Under the pieces are notes generated by a model, which was not told the origin of the DNA, did no database searches, and saw nothing but the letters and a program-made list of their open reading frames with translations. From a virus, in IMG/VR virus record IMGVR_UViG_3300050821_018577, positions 1-64,000 of that record: a stretch of 64,000 bases of DNA; one strand, 5' to 3'. Below are positions 36,904-46,103 of this stretch, piece by piece. The stretch's first letter is position 1; every line of letters starts with the position of its first letter. A program made the position numbers and the translations under genes.

Positions 36904-37169
36904 ATCTGAATTCTCCGCCCGCCAAGGAATTGCTCTGGCGCCTCTTGGATAGATGCTAGCTTCGAAAGCCGGTCATCAATAACCTTTTGGCGGTAAGTGA
37001 GCATTACAAATCGGTCATCAAACCTTGCGCTCATCTCGCAGAACTTCTCATCGATGCGACGGATCTCCTCATCGATGCGACGGCTATCCCTCTCGAAGAA
37101 CCAAGCCAGTGCGGAGACTATACATCCCGCACTGGTGATAGCTATAACTAAAAGCGTGAGGTCGTTCAT
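36900..37169 (-). CDS. membrane-anchored protein ending GGRRIQI
   Basis: N-terminal TM helix; GGAG RBS. Confidence 0.65.
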   Translation of the reverse strand: MNDLTLLVIAITSAGCIVSALAWFFERDSRRIDEEIRRIDEKFCEMSARFDDRFVMLTYRQKVIDDRLSKLASIQEAPEQFLGGRRIQI

Positions 37170-37510
37170 AGCTGAATTCTCCGTCTCGCGTCCAGCACCA
37201 GCGCCGGAACCCACAGGTCTCTCTCGAACACTCCCTTGGTTTCCTCGTAGATTTGCTTGAACTCCCGGTAGGCGCGCTCGTAGCAATCGCAGTAATGAGG
37301 GCCGCCTTCGATTGCGTCTAGAATACCTTCGCGCGGGCCGTCATGTTCGGTGACGCCATCTTTATTGCGCCAGGAACGCACTGCATCGAAATCGTGCGCA
37401 GCCGCGTGGATCTCAAAGGCACGATGCCATATTCGCTCAAACTTGCGCGATTCCTCTTCGCTTGGCAGCGGGAAGCCTTCCGGGAGATGCTCGCGAGGCG
37501 TTTTCAGCAT
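37166..37510 (-). CDS. hypothetical protein ending RRRIQL
   Basis: ATGA overlap. Confidence 0.65.
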   Translation of the reverse strand: MLKTPREHLPEGFPLPSEEESRKFERIWHRAFEIHAAAHDFDAVRSWRNKDGVTEHDGPREGILDAIEGGPHYCDCYERAYREFKQIYEETKGVFERDLWVPALVLDARRRIQL

Positions 37511-37517
37511 GGGTCCG

Positions 37518-37721
37518 TCATGCGGCCATGCTCACAATCGGCATCTCCAGCAATTCGGCAAGAGGCACGGCGCCCACGCACAGCGAATTCGAGCAAAGAG
37601 TGTGGTCCAGGTCGAGCCAGGCACAGAATTCCTGGTGGTCCTCGTCCTCATAGCGGAGGACGCACGGATCTGTCTCGGTACAACCGCAAATTCTGCAGGT
37701 TCCAGGTGCGACGATTATCAT
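37518..37721 (-). CDS. Cys-rich protein
   Basis: GTCRICGCTETDPC...CAW...LCSNSLC. Confidence 0.65.
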   Translation of the reverse strand: MIIVAPGTCRICGCTETDPCVLRYEDEDHQEFCAWLDLDHTLCSNSLCVGAVPLAELLEMPIVSMAA

Positions 37722-38479
37722 GCGGCGAGCTCCAATGTTGCAGTTGCAGTGATAATCTCGTTCGCAGTCACGACAATCTCATCCGGAGTTACGTTTGGAG
37801 TTACCGGCATTGCTTTTGTTTCATTTGCCGTCCGGATGAACTCAGTTTCGTTGCTTTCGAGTAGGAGCTTCTGCGCCAGCGCCACGTCGTCGCTGGGGAG
37901 TCCATGCTCCGAGGCCGGGTGAATGCAGAAGTAACTTTGAATTGTCTTGGTCTGCGGATCGAGCCGTTCGACGCGGCAGCCCGGACGTACTCGGTACAGC
38001 CGGCTATTCACTTGCAGGTCGAAGTGTTGTTCTTTTTCAAGCTGGTCGCGCTGCGCCTCGGTCAGTACCGACAGCAAGGCTTCGCGGGCCCGCTTGCGGC
38101 GAGCATCGTCCTTGGCCTTCTCGTCGCGCTGGCGCTGCTCACGTTCGAGGCGCTGCTCTTCGGTTTCCGGCGGGAAGTCCGTCGCTGCTACCGTGAAACT
38201 TGTAATGTAGTTGGTGATGTAATTTCCAATTCCAGCAGCGATGTTGTTTGGATAGGTGACTGTTTGCGTGACGGCTGTTTGGTAGACCCACTGGTCTGGA
38301 TAGATAACCGTGTTCGATGTAATCGAGCCTGTCTGATAGCCGTAGTAGGTCATGGCTTCCTCAAGGTGGCGAATTTTCTTTTCGTATTTGTCGTATTTGT
38401 CGTATTTGCAACCGTAGAGGTGCTTTTTCCACTTGCAGTAATCGGTGTCGTACCAGTCGGCGAATTTCATCGTCATCAT
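37718..38479 (-). CDS. hypothetical protein (Tyr/Thr-rich N-terminus, conserved-looking C-terminal domain)
   Basis: RAREALLSVL..Q...FCIHP....LPSDDVALAQKLLLE..E.EF..TAN. Confidence 0.75.
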   Translation of the reverse strand: MMTMKFADWYDTDYCKWKKHLYGCKYDKYDKYEKKIRHLEEAMTYYGYQTGSITSNTVIYPDQWVYQTAVTQTVTYPNNIAAGIGNYITNYITSFTVAATDFPPETEEQRLEREQRQRDEKAKDDARRKRAREALLSVLTEAQRDQLEKEQHFDLQVNSRLYRVRPGCRVERLDPQTKTIQSYFCIHPASEHGLPSDDVALAQKLLLESNETEFIRTANETKAMPVTPNVTPDEIVVTANEIITATATLELAA

Positions 38480-38839
38480 TCATTCCTGCGGCGGCCAGGC
38501 ATCAGGGTCGGACGGCACGTACATCTCTTGCGCTACAACCGTGGTGAGAGCTCGGTCACGGCCGCGCGCATGCACCTTGCGGTAATAGACGCGGCGCTTG
38601 TCCGACGGCAGCTTCTCTTTTTCATCTTCGAAGATGTGGAAGCCGGCAGTATAGTTGCTGCCTTTGGCGGTTCCACCCTCGGCGACAAGCCATTCATCAA
38701 GTGGCACCGACCGGGAACCTTTGAGAGTGAAATTCTCAAACTTCGGCTTGCCAAGGAGTCCGCTATCGAATCGTTTCCAGCCGCTTTGGATCAGCGTCGT
38801 CGGCTTGCCGATTTGTTCGCTAACAGTTGCTAGGCACAT
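38480..38839 (-). CDS. hypothetical protein
   Basis: MCL...YTAGFHIF pattern. Confidence 0.65.
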   Translation of the reverse strand: MCLATVSEQIGKPTTLIQSGWKRFDSGLLGKPKFENFTLKGSRSVPLDEWLVAEGGTAKGSNYTAGFHIFEDEKEKLPSDKRRVYYRKVHARGRDRALTTVVAQEMYVPSDPDAWPPQE

Positions 38840-39036
38840 TCTTCACTCCTGGACTCCTTGAGTAATTTGGTTGCGGCCCTTACCAATTCAACGAAAGCAT
38901 CGTGACCTACCGGATGCCGACTGGCCATCTGACGCCTCACGACCGTAACAGCCTTTCTGAGCCGGTCGATTTGTTCTTTGGGCACGGTCACGTTTAAAAT
39001 CTCACCAACCGGCGATGAATGCGTAACTAACAGCAA
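38830..39036 (-). CDS. hypothetical protein
   Basis: open frame overlapping next gene. Confidence 0.45.
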   Translation of the reverse strand: MLLVTHSSPVGEILNVTVPKEQIDRLRKAVTVVRRQMASRHPVGHDAFVELVRAATKLLKESRSEECA

Positions 39037-39174
39037 CGAAATAAATGGAAACGAGAGCCGTCCAAAACTTCGGATGACGCGCCCAGATGTACAGGCCCAT
39101 CACGATTGCAAAGGTTTCCCAATCCGGACAGGCCTCTGCAATTATGCGCTCCTCTCGGGTCAGAAGCTGCATGT

Positions 39175-39399
39175 TCATCCCCCGACAAATTGTGGCACGA
39201 GGATCAATCGTTCGGCCGTAGCATCGAAGGCGTCAATCTGCTCGCCTTGGTTGCCGGCGCGATTGACTCGGAAGGCGGCATAGCCTTTGCTTTTGAGGTC
39301 ATTAAAACGCGAGCGGGCAGCTTCCACTTCATCGTGATTCCCGCTCCGCCATTGGATCCTAGTATCGCCAGTTCTGTCCAACACCATCAGTTCGCTCAT
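39175..39399 (-). CDS. 74-aa protein ending in Gly-Gly
   Basis: GGAG RBS; VLDRTGDTRIQW...KGYAAF...LILVPQFVGG. Confidence 0.75.
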   Translation of the reverse strand: MSELMVLDRTGDTRIQWRSGNHDEVEAARSRFNDLKSKGYAAFRVNRAGNQGEQIDAFDATAERLILVPQFVGG

Positions 39400-39435
39400 C
39401 GGTTTCTCCCTTTTCACATTAAATGTGCCCCATGG

Positions 39436-39681
39436 TCATGCAACTTTCCTCTGTCGAATGTCCTGTAGCCCGCGCGAGATTAGGGCTTCCATGAGCATCG
39501 CTGCATTACTACAGGCAAGGACGCCACCTTGTACGGCCTCTACAAGCCCATTGTTTGACACGCGCCACCGTTCGCCGCTCCAGGTAAAGCGCACTTCGGC
39601 TCCGTGAATGTCAATATCCCGAATCCGGTCAGGATACGGCAGCGTAGCAAGCGCAGCTTCCAATAATTCAGTGGCGGTCAT
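39436..39681 (-). CDS. hypothetical protein
   Basis: ORF in leftward block. Confidence 0.55.
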   Translation of the reverse strand: MTATELLEAALATLPYPDRIRDIDIHGAEVRFTWSGERWRVSNNGLVEAVQGGVLACSNAAMLMEALISRGLQDIRQRKVA

Positions 39682-39693
39682 AACGTAAACTTT

Positions 39694-39942
39694 TTAAGCT
39701 GCTGCAAATTCTGGAAGGATGAGCGACCATGCCCACCGGCCAGCTCGGTAAAACGCTCGCATCGCACTACGGAAGCCGGCGACCGCCACGATGATGAGCA
39801 CGACAAAAATCCAGACGCAAGGTTCGGTTGCGCTCACGTGCTCTGACATCGGGCATCGCGATTCGACGAGCATTACAAAAGGAAAACTGAAAACAGAATA
39901 GATGAACCATCCGGTGAGTGTGAACAGAATTTTCTTTGGCAT
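39694..39942 (-). CDS. two-TM membrane protein
   Basis: AGGAGA RBS; hydrophobic segments. Confidence 0.6.
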   Translation of the reverse strand: MPKKILFTLTGWFIYSVFSFPFVMLVESRCPMSEHVSATEPCVWIFVVLIIVAVAGFRSAMRAFYRAGRWAWSLILPEFAAA

Positions 39943-39964
39943 CCGATATCTCCTGCTTACTGGC

Positions 39965-40030
39965 CCAAGAGTCTAAGTAAACTCTCAGCGGATTGCAAGT
40001 ATTTTCTTACACTCTAAGTTGTGTTAAAAT
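39965..40030. promoter_or_regulatory. divergent promoter region with two operator-like sites
   Basis: minus: TTGCAA(39998-39993)-17-TAGACT; plus: TG-n-TAAAAT at 40022-40030; sites CCAAG-AGT-CTAAG 39965-39977 and CTTAC-ACT-CTAAG 40006-40018. Confidence 0.65.
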
Positions 40031-40036
40031 CCCGCC

Positions 40037-40252
40037 ATGCAAACGAATAGGCAGATGCAAATGCATAGCCGGTCCATCGGCAAGATGGAGGAGATGTTGG
40101 AGCGTATGCACGCCGCGCTCGAGGACGGCAAGGCCATGAGGATCGTCTGCCTTGACGCCCAACACGCAGCGAATCTTCGTGCTCGTTGGTTGAAGCAATA
40201 TCCGAAGGACAAAATTCCAGTGTTCACCATTCTACGGTCAGAGCAAGAATGA
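40037..40252 (+). CDS. hypothetical protein
   Basis: first ORF of rightward block. Confidence 0.5.
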   Translation: MQTNRQMQMHSRSIGKMEEMLERMHAALEDGKAMRIVCLDAQHAANLRARWLKQYPKDKIPVFTILRSEQE

Positions 40253-40485
40253 ACGACCAAGAATTTGTTTTGGCAAAATATCCACGCGCTGAATGCTTTG
40301 GACCAGTCAACCTATATTGGCCCGGACAGGGCACGCGTAGAAAGTATATTGTCACATCCGCGCCACATATGAGCAGGACAGAAGGTGAAGGCGATACGCC
40401 AGCAGAAGCGTGGACCAATGCGGCAGTGAGAATCAAAGCGGTCGCGGCCGCTAAAAAGATTCTTCCTGGGAAGAACGATGGGTAG
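40249..40485 (+). CDS. hypothetical protein
   Basis: VLAKYPRAEC...AEAWTNAA pattern. Confidence 0.65.
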   Translation: MNDQEFVLAKYPRAECFGPVNLYWPGQGTRRKYIVTSAPHMSRTEGEGDTPAEAWTNAAVRIKAVAAAKKILPGKNDG

Positions 40486-40870
40486 GCACGGACATGCTTC
40501 CATTCCGTTCGGCATCCACAAAGGCATCCGCGTACGCTTACTGCCCGACCCTTACCTGTCCTGGCTCACAACGACGTTCATTATGACTGCGCCAGAGTGG
40601 CGTTGGCTCAAGGACAGCGTCCTCAGTGAATTAAATTTCCGTGGACTGCGTTCCGATTTGGTCGACCTACATGTGAAGCCCGGCTGCCAGGCGGTGGTGC
40701 CGCCCTATTGGAATACGTTGCTGGAATGTACCAGCGAGACGTGCAACCGTCCGTTGCCGTGCACCATACATACGGTCGAGGAATCGGCGCAGACTAGGTT
40801 TGAGTTTGCGGAGGCCAAATTCCTACTGGAATCCAAGCGACGCATCCGTGTCGAAGGCGAGCGCACATGA
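40478..40870 (+). CDS. DUF3820-like protein ending KRRIRVE
   Basis: IPFGIHKG..VRLLPDPYLSWL. Confidence 0.7.
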   Translation: MGRHGHASIPFGIHKGIRVRLLPDPYLSWLTTTFIMTAPEWRWLKDSVLSELNFRGLRSDLVDLHVKPGCQAVVPPYWNTLLECTSETCNRPLPCTIHTVEESAQTRFEFAEAKFLLESKRRIRVEGERT

Positions 40871-41076
40871 ACAGGGATTGCAACGGAGATTACTGGCCAA
40901 CCTTGCGGCTTTATCGGTGCCTGCGCGATGGGTCTCTCATCAAAGCCAACGCCCGGCCAATGGAATGTGACAATTGTAAGCGGCGCGTGTCGGCGACGGT
41001 CCATCCAAAGACTGAGATGCGAACAATCAAACAGCTCAAGCACCCAACATTCGGATGGCTGGATATCATCCCGTGA
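40867..41076 (+). CDS. hypothetical protein
   Basis: ATGA overlap. Confidence 0.5.
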   Translation: MNRDCNGDYWPTLRLYRCLRDGSLIKANARPMECDNCKRRVSATVHPKTEMRTIKQLKHPTFGWLDIIP

Positions 41077-41366
41077 TTCGCCTTGTCCAATGGCTCTGTC
41101 CGCAGCGGCACTGCATCGTAGCGGTTGCCTACGACCCTGAACATCAGGACCATGATGCTGCCATTGCCCAGATGGAATCCTTTGTGGCCGCCGCTAATGT
41201 GCTGCCACACTGCGGTCTGTGCGGGTCGAAGTCACTGTTCTACGATGACCAGCCTACGAAATTTGAGACTATGCAACAGGCGCAAGCAACTCGCCAATCT
41301 CAGAACGCAGGAATATTTGAAGGCGTCGAGGAATTAAGAGATGCTCTCCCTGGTTCGAATCGATAG
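41073..41366 (+). CDS. hypothetical protein
   Basis: QWLCPQRHCIVAVAY...PHCGLCGS. Confidence 0.6.
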   Translation: MIRLVQWLCPQRHCIVAVAYDPEHQDHDAAIAQMESFVAAANVLPHCGLCGSKSLFYDDQPTKFETMQQAQATRQSQNAGIFEGVEELRDALPGSNR

Positions 41367-42168
41367 CGACATTCCTAACGGCATAAAGTATTTTGTGATA
41401 GCCGAGGAAAGTGTGCTTGCGGTCGCGCGTGAGTATATTAGCCCGGTGACCGGCCGCAGGATGCGCAGCGGCGTTCCCTCGGTTCGAAATATTGTGGTAG
41501 TACACCGCCCCGACGGGTGGGCCTGCCAAGCCTGTCAGCCGCCACCGTACCATCCCGTCTTGGCGCCACCCTGTGAACATATCCGGTTTGCAATTGAGCT
41601 ATATTTAACCAACGGCTACGCGACGACGGAGCGTGAAGAATACTTGCAAGAGTGCGCGAGGCAGAGCAGGGAAGCGGAAGCTCGAGGCGCACGCCGCATT
41701 GAAAACGCAAGTGACGTAGAGCTAGAGGACCGCGCTAATCATCCGGACTGGTTTATTCCACGAAACAGCATCACTGGCGAAGAAATAGATAGGGTGCGCG
41801 CGGAAGCATACACCGAAATGAATCACCGTCGCGCCAGGCGGCAGCACGAGAGGCTCACTCACGACCGCGCAATTGCCGAGCGACGCGCAAGGAACGCACA
41901 AATCGACCGCGAACGCGCACGATTTTCTTGGCAGTGGTTTGACAATTTGTTACCTGAATCGGAACAGGTCAAGGTCAGATGTTGTAATGCTCCTAACACC
42001 GATGGAAGTTACCGGTGCAATAAGGAACTTGGACATTCAGGCGACCATGTTCATAGTTTTATCCGCAATGGTGAGCGTGACTTTTATTGGTGGCCAGTGA
42101 AGCCGGCGCCTGAACCAATCGCCACCTTGGACCTCCACGCCAAGCGCAGGATCAGGGTCGAAGAGTAG
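41341..42168 (+). CDS. hypothetical protein with SWIM-like motif, ending KRRIRVEE
   Basis: WACQAC...PCEHI; C-terminal CxxxxGHSGDH. Confidence 0.6.
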   Translation: MLSLVRIDSDIPNGIKYFVIAEESVLAVAREYISPVTGRRMRSGVPSVRNIVVVHRPDGWACQACQPPPYHPVLAPPCEHIRFAIELYLTNGYATTEREEYLQECARQSREAEARGARRIENASDVELEDRANHPDWFIPRNSITGEEIDRVRAEAYTEMNHRRARRQHERLTHDRAIAERRARNAQIDRERARFSWQWFDNLLPESEQVKVRCCNAPNTDGSYRCNKELGHSGDHVHSFIRNGERDFYWWPVKPAPEPIATLDLHAKRRIRVEE

Positions 42169-42328
42169 GCTGCCGTCTAGATTTTTCAAATTCTAAAATT
42201 TTCCAATGGCACTTCCGGCAGCAGCGATAGACATGCTCAAGGCGGGTAAGCACTTCCTCCCACAAATCTGCGCGAATCACCATTGGAGGTCGATTAAGAG
42301 GACGCAGGATGACGAATTCATAATTCAT
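42152..42328 (-). CDS. small hypothetical protein
   Basis: coupled to upstream gene. Confidence 0.4.
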   Translation of the reverse strand: MNYEFVILRPLNRPPMVIRADLWEEVLTRLEHVYRCCRKCHWKILEFEKSRRQPTLRP

Positions 42329-42878
42329 GTATCGGAGCAAGGTCCTCTCCGATGATTCCCGCACGCTGAAATCCGTAAAAACTGTTGCTGTGCGGATGAC
42401 TGTACTTGATTCCCTTTTCGTCTTTTTCCCACTGAATATTGAAGATGGCCAGACTGAGCTCGGCGAATTGCGCAAACTCTTCCGGCGTCGCGTCTGTTAG
42501 GTGCGTGTTGTAGAACTTGAAATGTAAACGTTTCCGCGTGCCGAGGATCGGTCGGCTCCAATAGCCGGTGACGCCGCGCTCTTTTGGACAAGCGCAATCT
42601 GCTCGATGGTGCGCAAAGCAGGTCCAATAATCTCCAGCACCAAAATCCACCACGCCATCTGGTAGTGATTCCGAGCCAATTTCTACAATCTTGTCGGCTT
42701 CTGGGTTTGGCGGCTCGATATACACCTTGTGGGGCCACCCATATTTTTGGTCTGCGCCGCTGAATCGTGTGCCAGGAGTTTTCAGGAATCGGATTGCATC
42801 AGCGACGCTGATAGACCCGCAATAGGAACAGTGTTTGGTTCCAGCTTCGCCGTCGCGATATGTTCCGCTACAGCTCAT
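42318..42878 (-). CDS. hypothetical protein
   Basis: CSYCGSI...DQKYGWPHKVY...FKFYNTHL. Confidence 0.7.
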   Translation of the reverse strand: MSCSGTYRDGEAGTKHCSYCGSISVADAIRFLKTPGTRFSGADQKYGWPHKVYIEPPNPEADKIVEIGSESLPDGVVDFGAGDYWTCFAHHRADCACPKERGVTGYWSRPILGTRKRLHFKFYNTHLTDATPEEFAQFAELSLAIFNIQWEKDEKGIKYSHPHSNSFYGFQRAGIIGEDLAPIHEL

Positions 42879-42900
42879 TTCTGAAAATGGATTTTAGCAC

Positions 42901-42942
42901 AAAAAGCCCGGCTCCTTTTAGGCAAAGAACCGGGCTAGTTTT
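42901..42942. terminator. putative bidirectional intrinsic terminator
   Basis: AAAAA-AGCCCGG...CCGGGCT-AGTTTT inverted repeat. Confidence 0.55.
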
Positions 42943-42959
42943 CTGTCAGGCTTGAGCGT

Positions 42960-43226
42960 TTATGGCTGGTAGCCGCACTGATTACAACGCACGATTACCC
43001 TCGGGCTGCCCTGTGCCACGAATGTGTCCGCAATCGTCAAGGCTGTACTACGGCATTTCGGACATGCCAGTCCGGCCAGCACCAGGTTCTCTCTCGCGAC
43101 CCGCGCCAATTCCACAGCCTTGGCCAAAAGAACAGCGGCCGCTTTTTTGATTACGTCTTTAGATTCTTTCTTTGGCGCCTTCTTCGGCGCTTTCTTTGCT
43201 ACTCGTTTCGCAGAAGTTTTTGCCAT
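42960..43226 (-). CDS. Lys/Ala-rich N-terminus plus Zn ribbon
   Basis: GGAGG RBS; KKAPKKAPKK; CPKC, CNQC. Confidence 0.65.
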   Translation of the reverse strand: MAKTSAKRVAKKAPKKAPKKESKDVIKKAAAVLLAKAVELARVARENLVLAGLACPKCRSTALTIADTFVAQGSPRVIVRCNQCGYQP

Positions 43227-43294
43227 TGGGAACCTCCCAAATAGTACGCTATCACCATTTAGTTCCGGTTGGTCTGTATAAAATAGGACACTAC

Positions 43295-44269
43295 TTACTT
43301 TTTGGCTTTTACGGCCTCTTGTTCTTCGGCGAGCGTCGAGGCCGGAAACACCGCGGACTTGAGCCCGGTGAAAGCGCCGGTGCCGGCGACGTCGGCTTCG
43401 TCTTTGTCTTTCATGCCAAACCACGGCCCTGTGTAAGTCTCGCTGGTGGCTGGCTTCGGTACTTTTTTGCCAGTGATTTCCTCGAAGGCTTCGGCGTTCA
43501 CCAGATACATGGCAAACGTTGCGGCCGGCTTCTCCTGCCAAACCTCGAGGCCGTGTGGATCCGAATAGACCTTTTGGATGATTTTCCCGCCGCGACCGAC
43601 GCCCATTTCACCCATGGACTGGCCGCGCGCTCCGCTTCGCTTAACGAGACTCGCGCTCGGCGCTAGGTGGCTGGTAGCTATGAGCGAATGACTGCCGTAA
43701 GACAAATTTGCGCCCATTGGATAGTTGAATTCGTCGCTGTCGAGGTCCGAGGCCCAGCCTTCATGCGGCAGGATCTTCGACTTGAGCTTGCTCGGATCCG
43801 TAGGTTCGAACAACGCGATGCCGATGGCGCCTGTCTTTGACTCTTCGCCGAGCAGCTGCTCGGCGACAGAGATGCCTTTGCCCTTCTGGTACGGCGTGGC
43901 CACAAATTGATAGACCGTGCCGTCCTGGTCTTTCCAGCCATCAAGCCACGGCTGCGGCGGCGTGACGAGGTAGTTGTCTTTGGCGAGCGTAGTGCCGAGT
44001 TTGTCGCCAGTGAGTGCGTTGATGCCGCCAGCGCCGATGAGCAAAGCGACCGGATGCTTGGTTGAAAAACTCATCCACAACGCTTCGGTGTCATGGAGCG
44101 CGACAAAGCACGCTTCGGCTTCCCAGGTGGATGGGCATTTATCCGCGTAGTCTTTTACGCGGAACACTTCCATTCTTCCGAGGCTTGGCGGCAGGTTTGA
44201 CGGTTTTCTTCCGTCCGGGACTCTTACGGTTCGATGAAACGTTACTTCTAACGATGGACTGATTCTCAT
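43295..44269 (-). CDS. conserved hypothetical protein (family I recall from actinobacteria and fungi)
   Basis: TFHRTVRVPD..NLPPSLG, EALWMSF, NYLVTPPQPWLDG, QFVA; AAGGAG RBS. Confidence 0.8.
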   Translation of the reverse strand: MRISPSLEVTFHRTVRVPDGRKPSNLPPSLGRMEVFRVKDYADKCPSTWEAEACFVALHDTEALWMSFSTKHPVALLIGAGGINALTGDKLGTTLAKDNYLVTPPQPWLDGWKDQDGTVYQFVATPYQKGKGISVAEQLLGEESKTGAIGIALFEPTDPSKLKSKILPHEGWASDLDSDEFNYPMGANLSYGSHSLIATSHLAPSASLVKRSGARGQSMGEMGVGRGGKIIQKVYSDPHGLEVWQEKPAATFAMYLVNAEAFEEITGKKVPKPATSETYTGPWFGMKDKDEADVAGTGAFTGLKSAVFPASTLAEEQEAVKAKK

Positions 44270-44393
44270 GGCGTCTCCTTTTGTTCCAGGTTCTTCGTTT
44301 GCATTGCGGACACCGGTCGGGGAAAAACATCGTGGACCAATTGTGTCCACACCATTCACAGTGGCAGCCGAATGCTTCGAGTAGCCGGTACAT
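44139..44393 (-). CDS. Zn-ribbon protein
   Basis: CEWCGHNW...PDRCPQCK..TWN; tail overlaps next gene. Confidence 0.5.
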   Translation of the reverse strand: MYRLLEAFGCHCEWCGHNWSTMFFPDRCPQCKRRTWNKRRRHENQSIVRSNVSSNRKSPGRKKTVKPAAKPRKNGSVPRKRLRG

Positions 44394-44461
44394 AGCGGTA
44401 CAACTATACCATAGAACCTTGACTTTACTGGTGCAAATGTACCATAATCCCGGAATCGTTT

Positions 44462-45169
44462 ATGCGCCAAGACATGAAAGACCTGTTGGTGAACACTGGC
44501 CGGTCCGGAGACTATGCCAAAAGCCGGCGTGCGCGTTTCAAGCACGCGGATCCGGAGCTTTTGCCTCGCCGTATCAGTCAGGCCACGTTTGGTTGGTATG
44601 CGAGAAGCCAGGGCGACCGGCTGGCGCCGCTTCGCCGGTTCCTCGAAGTGAACTGCGGCCGGCCCTGGGCGGACATCTACTCCGAAATCTGCGCGGTGTC
44701 GGACGCCAGAACCATTCGCGGATACCATCTCCGCGAGCATGTCCACCAATACGTTCGCCAATACGAACATGACCTTGGCCAACGCGCTTGGGGATCGTTC
44801 TTTGTCGGCGCGGATGGCATCCTGCACCAAGAGTCTAGGCTGACGAACGCGGAACGTGCCGCCCGCTGGAAGAACAGTTTGCAGTGGGACCCAAAAGAAA
44901 AAAAATGGAAACTGCCCAAGCCGCCCAATCCTAAAGTCACAGACAACGCAGACCGCTGGTGGGAAAAGATTGAAGGCTATTGGTACGAGTTCACTGTGAC
45001 TCACATCAAGACCACTTACCCAGTTGAATGGCTCATCGACCGCGGAAATAATGTGGTGGATATCGGTCGCGAATTAAAAGAAAGAATCTTTGATAAGACC
45101 ATCAAGCGCCAGGTGGATTCCAAGACCATCAAAAAACTCGAAGCGATGCTGCGGTCGAAGGTCGCATGA
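44462..45169 (+). CDS. hypothetical protein
   Basis: LAPLRRFLEVNCGRPWADIYSEIC pattern. Confidence 0.75.
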   Translation: MRQDMKDLLVNTGRSGDYAKSRRARFKHADPELLPRRISQATFGWYARSQGDRLAPLRRFLEVNCGRPWADIYSEICAVSDARTIRGYHLREHVHQYVRQYEHDLGQRAWGSFFVGADGILHQESRLTNAERAARWKNSLQWDPKEKKWKLPKPPNPKVTDNADRWWEKIEGYWYEFTVTHIKTTYPVEWLIDRGNNVVDIGRELKERIFDKTIKRQVDSKTIKKLEAMLRSKVA

Positions 45170-45381
45170 AGATACGCTCAATCGTCGGCAAGACCATCAA
45201 ATCCGCTGAGGCCACAACTCACGAAGCTTCGGATAGTTGTGTATTTGCAACCATTGAATTCAGGTTCACCGATGGCTCGATGTACAGTTTATGTCTGCAA
45301 GCTCTACCTCAAGTCCATGGAATGCTTTTCAAGAGCGATAACGATGACAACGCTACGGAAGTGGAGTTGGTCAAGCCGTGA
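45166..45381 (+). CDS. hypothetical protein
   Basis: ATGA overlaps. Confidence 0.6.
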   Translation: MKIRSIVGKTIKSAEATTHEASDSCVFATIEFRFTDGSMYSLCLQALPQVHGMLFKSDNDDNATEVELVKP

Positions 45382-46103
45382 AGCCGGCAAACTTTCTTCG
45401 CACCGTAGGATTCAAAGACCTCAAGAAAAACAAGCTAACTGTCATTTCCCTGTTCAGTGGCTGCGGCGGCATGGATCTCGGCTGTATGCAAGCGGGCCTC
45501 GAAGTGCGGGTGATGATTGACAACGAGAAAACCTGCTGCGAGACGCTATACGAGAATTTTGTCAAACGGTCTTTATATCGAAAGCGGGCTCCGGTTCCGG
45601 CCATCCTGCACCGGGACATTTGCCAAACGCCCACGTCGATGATACTCGATGCGGCTAAGCTGCAGGTCGGTGAAGCGGGCGTAGTGACCGCAGGATTCCC
45701 TTGCACGGGATTCAGCTTGGCTGGCAAGCGCAGAATCGATGACCCACGCAACAAACTCTACTTGGAATGTGTGCGGGTCATACGTGAGGCGCTACCGCGG
45801 TTCTTCATTTTAGAGAATGTCCCAGGACTTATCTCCATGGACAAGGGCCGGATCATCGACCGCATTTGCCGGGATCTCGCCTGCTGCGGCTACGATGTGC
45901 ACTGGCAGAAGCTGAATGCCGCGGACTACGGCGTGCCGCAGAATCGCATCCGCGTTTTCTTCATCGGCCAGCGCGTCGATATGCTCTATTGGAACGGCAA
46001 AGACAATCCGCAATTGCACATGGGCTGCGGAGGCCGCTACAAGCATCCGGAATTTTTCGAGAAGAAGTACAAAATCGAATCGTATTGGCCGGAGGCGGCG
46101 TGA
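45378..46103 (+). CDS. DNA (cytosine-5) methyltransferase, N-terminal half only
   Basis: ISLFSGCGG (I), GFPCTGFS (IV), ENV (VI), QNRIRVF (VIII); no TRD or motifs IX/X. Confidence 0.85.
   Translation: MKPANFLRTVGFKDLKKNKLTVISLFSGCGGMDLGCMQAGLEVRVMIDNEKTCCETLYENFVKRSLYRKRAPVPAILHRDICQTPTSMILDAAKLQVGEAGVVTAGFPCTGFSLAGKRRIDDPRNKLYLECVRVIREALPRFFILENVPGLISMDKGRIIDRICRDLACCGYDVHWQKLNAADYGVPQNRIRVFFIGQRVDMLYWNGKDNPQLHMGCGGRYKHPEFFEKKYKIESYWPEAA

Noticed and set aside
37904-38833. 309-aa plus-strand ORF and similar long antisense frames (3136..4020, 14759..15562, 23007..23735)
   Set aside because: They lie opposite well-supported genes and are typical of GC-rich DNA.
44270-45004. N-terminal extension of track ORF 43295..45004
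   Set aside because: Overlaps the plus-strand gene 44462..45169 and a promoter gap; a strong AAGGAG RBS marks the real start at 44269.
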